From Verrucomicrobiota bacterium (lineage in GTDB: Bacteria > Verrucomicrobiota > Verrucomicrobiia > Limisphaerales > AAA164-E04): a stretch of DNA of 64,000 nucleotides. Position 1 is the stretch's first letter. Every line of letters begins with the position of its first letter. This document shows, piece after piece, positions 59,308 to 64,000 of this stretch. The DNA is taken from the NCBI GenBank assembly GCA_047947115.1, contig CP170459.1, positions 4,544,001 through 4,608,000 of the forward strand, given 5' to 3'. The notes under the pieces were generated by a model that was given only the letters and a program-made list of their open reading frames with translations, made no database searches and was not told where the DNA came from. The position numbers and the translations under genes are program-made.

Positions 59308-61527
59308 ATGAAGAACACTGAAATGCGCATCGCACTGATCCTTTCCTTGTTGATTTATTCGCCCTTGCAGGCGCTTGACTTCAGCAAACGACAAAGCGCC
59401 AACATCACAAAAGCGGCCAGTGTGATATTGAGCAACAATCACTATCGCCAGCAACTGATTGACAACAGCATTTCCGAAATCTTTTTTGACAACTATCTGG
59501 ATTCACTGGACCTGAATCACCAGATTTTCCTCCAATCGGACATAGAAGAATTTCGGGAAAAATATGCCGGTTTTCTGGATGACTACACCGTCGGCACATT
59601 AAAAAACGAATCCGTTTACAATGCCACTCCTGCATTTGACATTTTCGAACGATTCAAAACCCGCCTCAAGGAACGCAGGGCGGACATTGAAGAACTGCTG
59701 AAAGAGGATTACCAATTCGATGTGGACGACGAGATCATGGTCAAGCGATCCGAAGAACCCTGGCCAAACTCGGAAGCGGAAGCTCGGGAACTCTGGCGTC
59801 TCCGCATCAAATACGACATGCTTCAGGGTCGCCTATCCAAAGACGACACGGATAAAATCAAAGAACGGCTCTCAAAACGATACGATCGACTGGTCAAAGA
59901 CTTTGAAACGCTGGAAACAGACGAGATATTGGAGCTTTATTTGACGGCTCTGGCCAATGCCTATGATCCGCATTCCAACTACATGAGCCCCACATCGGCC
60001 GATGATTTTTACATTAAAAACGTCAACAACGAACTGACCGGTATTGGCGCCCTGCTCCGAAGCAACGAAGGGTATTGCCAAATTGTCAGCCTGGTTCCTG
60101 GAGGGCCTGCCGACAAAAGCAAACAGATCAAGCCCGGAGACAAGATCATCGCAGTCGCCCAGGGGAATGACGAATCCGTGGACGTAGTGGAGATGAAGTT
60201 GAACAAGGTCGTGCAGATGATTCGGGGAGAGCTCAAAACCAAAGTTCGACTCACGGTGATTCCGGCAAAATCCACCGATGGATCCGAAACCAAGGAAGTC
60301 GTGCTGATCCGTGAAAAAATCGAATTGAAGGAGCAGTTCTCGAAAGCCCGCATCATTGAACTCCCAGAGGGAGAAGGTGGTAAAACCCGCCGGTTCGGGG
60401 TACTGACCGTTCCCCAGTATTACGACAAAGTTGCGCAGGACACCGCTTTACTTCTGCAACGCCTTAAAAAGGAAAATGTTGAAGGGATAGCCCTGGACCT
60501 CAGACGTAACGGTGGCGGCATACTTCCAGAAGCAGTGGAATTGACCGGTTTGTTTTTCCCGGAAGGCCCTGTTGTCCAAGTTCAGAATTTTGTCAAACAA
60601 AAGCAGGTATTGAACGATGAAAACCCTTCAACCGAATATGATGGCCCTTTGGTGGTGCTGGTCAGTCATTTAAGCGCCTCGGCAGCGGAAATCACTGCAG
60701 CTGCCCTGCAGGACTATGGCAGAGCGGTTGTCGTCGGTGACAAATCCACCCACGGAAAAGGCACCGTCCAGACCTTGATTGAAATGAATCGTTTCCCAGG
60801 CATGCCTGATGAGGCGGGCCTCATGAAATACACCATATCCAAATTTTACAGAATAGCCGGCGGCACCACGCAAAAGCAGGGAGTGACACCGGACATTATC
60901 CTGCCATCCATCTATGATTACATGGAACTTGGAGAGGCCAACCTTCCTCGCAGCCTCGATCCCGATTCCATCCAGCCCGCTGATTACAAAACCATGCACC
61001 GTGTCAACGAACCTATTTTGGATGTTCTTCGAAATAAATCGAAACAACGCATCGAACAGGACAGAGATTTCCAGTATATTCAGGACGATATCGAACGATA
61101 TCTGGAAATCAAACAACGCAAGACAATCAGTCTCAACGAAGAAAAACGCATCCCCGAAAAAGCGGAAGACAAAGAACGTAACGAAAAACGGGACGAAGAA
61201 CGCAAGGCACGGCGCTATCCAGGGCTCAAGATCTATCGTATCACCATGGATCAGGTTCGTGATGAATCTCCAGCCGAGCTCATGTTTGATGGAGATAACC
61301 CCGAACATTACGTCGTCGAAGAAGACACCGATGCGGATGAGGAGACCGAAGGGGAACTCCCGGCTATCCAGGAAGACTCATACGTCGGAGACGAACAGGA
61401 TGAGATCGATAAAAGACTCGATGCCTATACCCGGGAAGGGGTGCGCATCCTCAGAGATTACATCGACGCACTCAAAGCTGACGACAAGGAACCGGGCAAC
61501 CGGTTGACGGCCAGCAGCAATCGTTGA
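59308..61527 (+). CDS. prc: Carboxy-terminal processing (tail-specific) protease
   Basis: YDPHSNY, GIGALL (PDZ), DLRRNGGG, SASAAEI, GKGTVQ, KFYRIAGGTTQ. Confidence 0.93.
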   Translation: MKNTEMRIALILSLLIYSPLQALDFSKRQSANITKAASVILSNNHYRQQLIDNSISEIFFDNYLDSLDLNHQIFLQSDIEEFREKYAGFLDDYTVGTLKNESVYNATPAFDIFERFKTRLKERRADIEELLKEDYQFDVDDEIMVKRSEEPWPNSEAEARELWRLRIKYDMLQGRLSKDDTDKIKERLSKRYDRLVKDFETLETDEILELYLTALANAYDPHSNYMSPTSADDFYIKNVNNELTGIGALLRSNEGYCQIVSLVPGGPADKSKQIKPGDKIIAVAQGNDESVDVVEMKLNKVVQMIRGELKTKVRLTVIPAKSTDGSETKEVVLIREKIELKEQFSKARIIELPEGEGGKTRRFGVLTVPQYYDKVAQDTALLLQRLKKENVEGIALDLRRNGGGILPEAVELTGLFFPEGPVVQVQNFVKQKQVLNDENPSTEYDGPLVVLVSHLSASAAEITAAALQDYGRAVVVGDKSTHGKGTVQTLIEMNRFPGMPDEAGLMKYTISKFYRIAGGTTQKQGVTPDIILPSIYDYMELGEANLPRSLDPDSIQPADYKTMHRVNEPILDVLRNKSKQRIEQDRDFQYIQDDIERYLEIKQRKTISLNEEKRIPEKAEDKERNEKRDEERKARRYPGLKIYRITMDQVRDESPAELMFDGDNPEHYVVEEDTDADEETEGELPAIQEDSYVGDEQDEIDKRLDAYTREGVRILRDYIDALKADDKEPGNRLTASSNR

Positions 61528-61576
61528 GCTAAATGATTGCCAAATCCATCCTTTCATCGCAAAATGCCAAGCAAAT

Positions 61577-62125
61577 ATGAGTAAGGTAATCAAGGGACCA
61601 GTTTACGTCGTCAAAGACAATATCGATACGGATCAAATCATTCCGGCACAATATCTGAACCTCATTCCAACGATAGAGGATGAGTATGAAAAGCTCGGCA
61701 GCTACGCCATGTGCGGCCTGCCTGATTCACTTTATCCAGAACGCTATGTGGAGGAAGGGAAAGTTGACAGCCAGTATCCCATCGTCGTGGCCGGACGTAA
61801 TTTCGGATGTGGAAGTTCCCGCGAACATGCTCCCATTGCCATGGGCTCTGCCGACTGCCAGTTGGTGTTGGCCGAAAGTTTCGCACGCATTTTTTTCCGC
61901 AACTGTGTCGCCACCGGGGAACTCTACCCCTGCGAATGCACCGACAGGCTGTGTGACGTTTTGAAAAACGGAGACGTCGTCACCGTCGATCTGGATGCTT
62001 GCACCGTTACTGTGGATGAAACGGGAAAAACTTATTCGTTCAAACCATTGGGAGACGTCCGATCCGTGGTTGATGCCGGCGGCTTGTTCAATTACGCCAG
62101 GCAGAACAACATGATCAGTGCATAA
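61577..62125 (+). CDS. leuD: 3-isopropylmalate dehydratase small subunit
   Basis: DNIDTDQIIP, NFGCGSSREHAP, SFARIFFRN. Confidence 0.92.
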   Translation: MSKVIKGPVYVVKDNIDTDQIIPAQYLNLIPTIEDEYEKLGSYAMCGLPDSLYPERYVEEGKVDSQYPIVVAGRNFGCGSSREHAPIAMGSADCQLVLAESFARIFFRNCVATGELYPCECTDRLCDVLKNGDVVTVDLDACTVTVDETGKTYSFKPLGDVRSVVDAGGLFNYARQNNMISA

Positions 62126-63410
62126 TGGCAGGCAACTTTCCCTGGGCATCAAAGGCCATCTCTTCAGGATCCCCCAGGATGCGAACCTGATCGTGAGATC
62201 GAGCTTCACGAAGCAGGCTTTCGGATGCTTCCATCCAATTTAGATTCAATGTGTCCCGTATCCTCAAGATACGGGATTCTTTTTTGTCCGCTACCAATAC
62301 AGAACTCAATGCCCACTGAATCACTTCCCTGTCGGATTCAAAATGAATGGGCACCTTGGCTCCATTCATGGTCATGGCAGTAACGGCATTCACAAAGGAA
62401 GTCCGGGGATCCATCGCCCTCACCAGACGTGATGTGGTGTAGTCCGCCATACCGATACCGATCGCGTTGCCGTGCGATTCCGGTGTCAAATCACGCACCA
62501 TGATCCGCTTGATGCGTGGAAAATCGGTCTGCTGGGAAAAATCCGTGGAATACCCGTGCACTCCACGACCAATGATATTTGGATCCATCCCCGATCCGCT
62601 GACGTTCTTTCCGATCGAATCCACAATCAACAGATCCAAATCATCAAAAGGCAACCGTGGCATCAAGTCCCTGGCCGTTTGAAAGAGTTTTTCTTCTTCC
62701 TTCACCAGAGATTCGGAAGGAAGAAACCGAATGGAATCGGTTTGGTGCAACGCGTTTTCAACAACCGCCAATCCACCCAATATGGGCATCTTCAGCAACA
62801 GGCTCTCTGCATAGGTTCGCAGCACATTCTCGTAGCCGTGTTGGATAGAGGCCCTATGAAACGCGGAAGCCCCGTCTCGTTTACCCAATCCCACCACCAG
62901 CATTTTAAGGATCCCACTACCCAGATTTCCCTTGAAATCGGTATGGGGCTTGATGCGGTTGAGAATTAAAACTCCATCCAATTCGGAAGCAACCCGACTC
63001 CAGTAGATCGGTGTCCCCCACTCGGTTTGGCCAGCCTGAATCGTCTCCATGGATGCTTCCACCGGCACGCCTTGCTGTTCACGCCCGACACCGTAGCCGG
63101 CCAGCAACGCGGTCTGCCCCTCGGAAGAAGCCCCCCCATGACTCCCCATGGCGGGAAGAATGACGACACGGGCATCCATGGATTGCAAGACCTCCACCGC
63201 GGTCGACACCATGCAATCCAAACCGGTGATCCCCCTGCTCCCCACGGCCAAGCCAACCCGCATCCCGGGTTTCACCCGAAACCGAAGTGGTTCCAATGCC
63301 TTTTGAACAGCCGTGACATATTCAAAATCGGTGTCGCGACCGGGAAAGACCTGCTCCAATGGAAACATTTTCGGAAGTGGAAAATCAGGTTTGTATTCGG
63401 ACTGCATCAT
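62115..63410 (-). CDS. Lactate racemase (LarA)-domain / DUF362-like protein
   Basis: VGSRGI, PAMGSHGG, NRIKPHTDF, GKNVSGSGMDPNIIGR. Confidence 0.75.
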   Translation of the reverse strand: MMQSEYKPDFPLPKMFPLEQVFPGRDTDFEYVTAVQKALEPLRFRVKPGMRVGLAVGSRGITGLDCMVSTAVEVLQSMDARVVILPAMGSHGGASSEGQTALLAGYGVGREQQGVPVEASMETIQAGQTEWGTPIYWSRVASELDGVLILNRIKPHTDFKGNLGSGILKMLVVGLGKRDGASAFHRASIQHGYENVLRTYAESLLLKMPILGGLAVVENALHQTDSIRFLPSESLVKEEEKLFQTARDLMPRLPFDDLDLLIVDSIGKNVSGSGMDPNIIGRGVHGYSTDFSQQTDFPRIKRIMVRDLTPESHGNAIGIGMADYTTSRLVRAMDPRTSFVNAVTAMTMNGAKVPIHFESDREVIQWALSSVLVADKKESRILRIRDTLNLNWMEASESLLREARSHDQVRILGDPEEMAFDAQGKLPAIMH

Positions 63411-63451
63411 GAAATCGTGAAACTGCTGCCCTGGAAAGTCGATGTCAAAAT

Positions 63452-64000
63452 TCAGGCATTCAAATGCCCCAAGGCCAACAATCCGTAAAAAGTGTATTCG
63501 GTGTCCAACTCATCCTCATGCCAATGTCCATGGAATGCTCCTTCATTGGTCCAAAGAGTATCGATAAAATCAAGACATCTCTCCCGTTGTTCCTCGTTCA
63601 CACCACGTTCCACGCCTGCCAAAGCGTGCAAAGCAGTGGCGGTGGAAAGCAGATCCGGAATGGGTGCCGTCGGTGTGGCCATAAACCCTCCCATGGGATG
63701 AATGCGATTGATCAACCAATCGGCTGCTCCTGACGGAACAGGACCACCCCATTGCCTCAACGTTGTCATTACGGCCGCGGTGGCATTGGTTGCCCCCACT
63801 TTTTGCTGCCGGTCATTGCCCCACGCGCCATCGGATGTCTTCAGGCCTTCGAGTGATGATTGCAGATCGGATTGGACATGATTCAAGTCCACACCAAGAT
63901 CCTGCATGGCTCCCACCCCCAGGAATGCTCCATAAGCGGTTCCGTAAGGTGCATTCGGTTCGGGGTGGAAACCTCCATCCTGACTCCTGAAGCGATTCAA
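63452..64000 (-). CDS. Prenyltransferase/squalene-oxidase repeat protein (C-terminal part; 5' end off window)
   Basis: Repeated DGGF/DGAW/GGF motifs, PDLLSTATAL, DTEYTFYGLLALG. Confidence 0.8.
   Translation of the reverse strand: MNRFRSQDGGFHPEPNAPYGTAYGAFLGVGAMQDLGVDLNHVQSDLQSSLEGLKTSDGAWGNDRQQKVGATNATAAVMTTLRQWGGPVPSGAADWLINRIHPMGGFMATPTAPIPDLLSTATALHALAGVERGVNEEQRERCLDFIDTLWTNEGAFHGHWHEDELDTEYTFYGLLALGHLNA

Noticed and set aside
1..64000. CRISPR arrays, tRNA/rRNA genes, prophage or defence systems
   Set aside because: No regularly spaced repeats, cloverleaf/rRNA signatures or such proteins were recognised by eye; Infernal and tRNAscan were not run.

Overview
Bacterial chromosomal segment; gene content and protein styles suggest a PVC/Verrucomicrobia-like organism, which is an inference. 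Housekeeping flanks are an NRAMP-like transporter, cobA/hemD, trpD and a TolB-like/M28 peptidase on the left, and ppk1, ribE, prc, leuD, a LarA-like gene and a prenyltransferase-repeat gene on the right. They surround a ~42 kb surface-polysaccharide locus (~9.0-50.7 kb). That locus holds rmlBACD, many GT2/GT4 glycosyltransferases, a formyltransferase, an epimerase, a Wzy-like polymerase, a heparinase II/III-like protein, WecA, an outer-membrane beta-barrel with short Wza and Wzc, Wzm/Wzt, and methyl-, pyruvyl- and sulfotransferases plus a nitroreductase and a deacetylase. The most striking element lies between wzc and wzm: a six-gene lasso-peptide-type maturation module (HPr-kinase-like, ABC exporter, nucleotidyltransferase, PqqD/RRE, B2 protease, Asn-synthetase-like cyclase). 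No canonical lasso precursor is visible, only an SD-led 18-aa micro-ORF coupled to the RRE gene. An intact IS4-family element (9-bp TSD) has clipped the C-terminus of a glycosyltransferase, and an IS1634-like remnant marks the right border of the locus. No rRNA, tRNA or CRISPR array was recognised. All calls come from motif reading; no searches were run.
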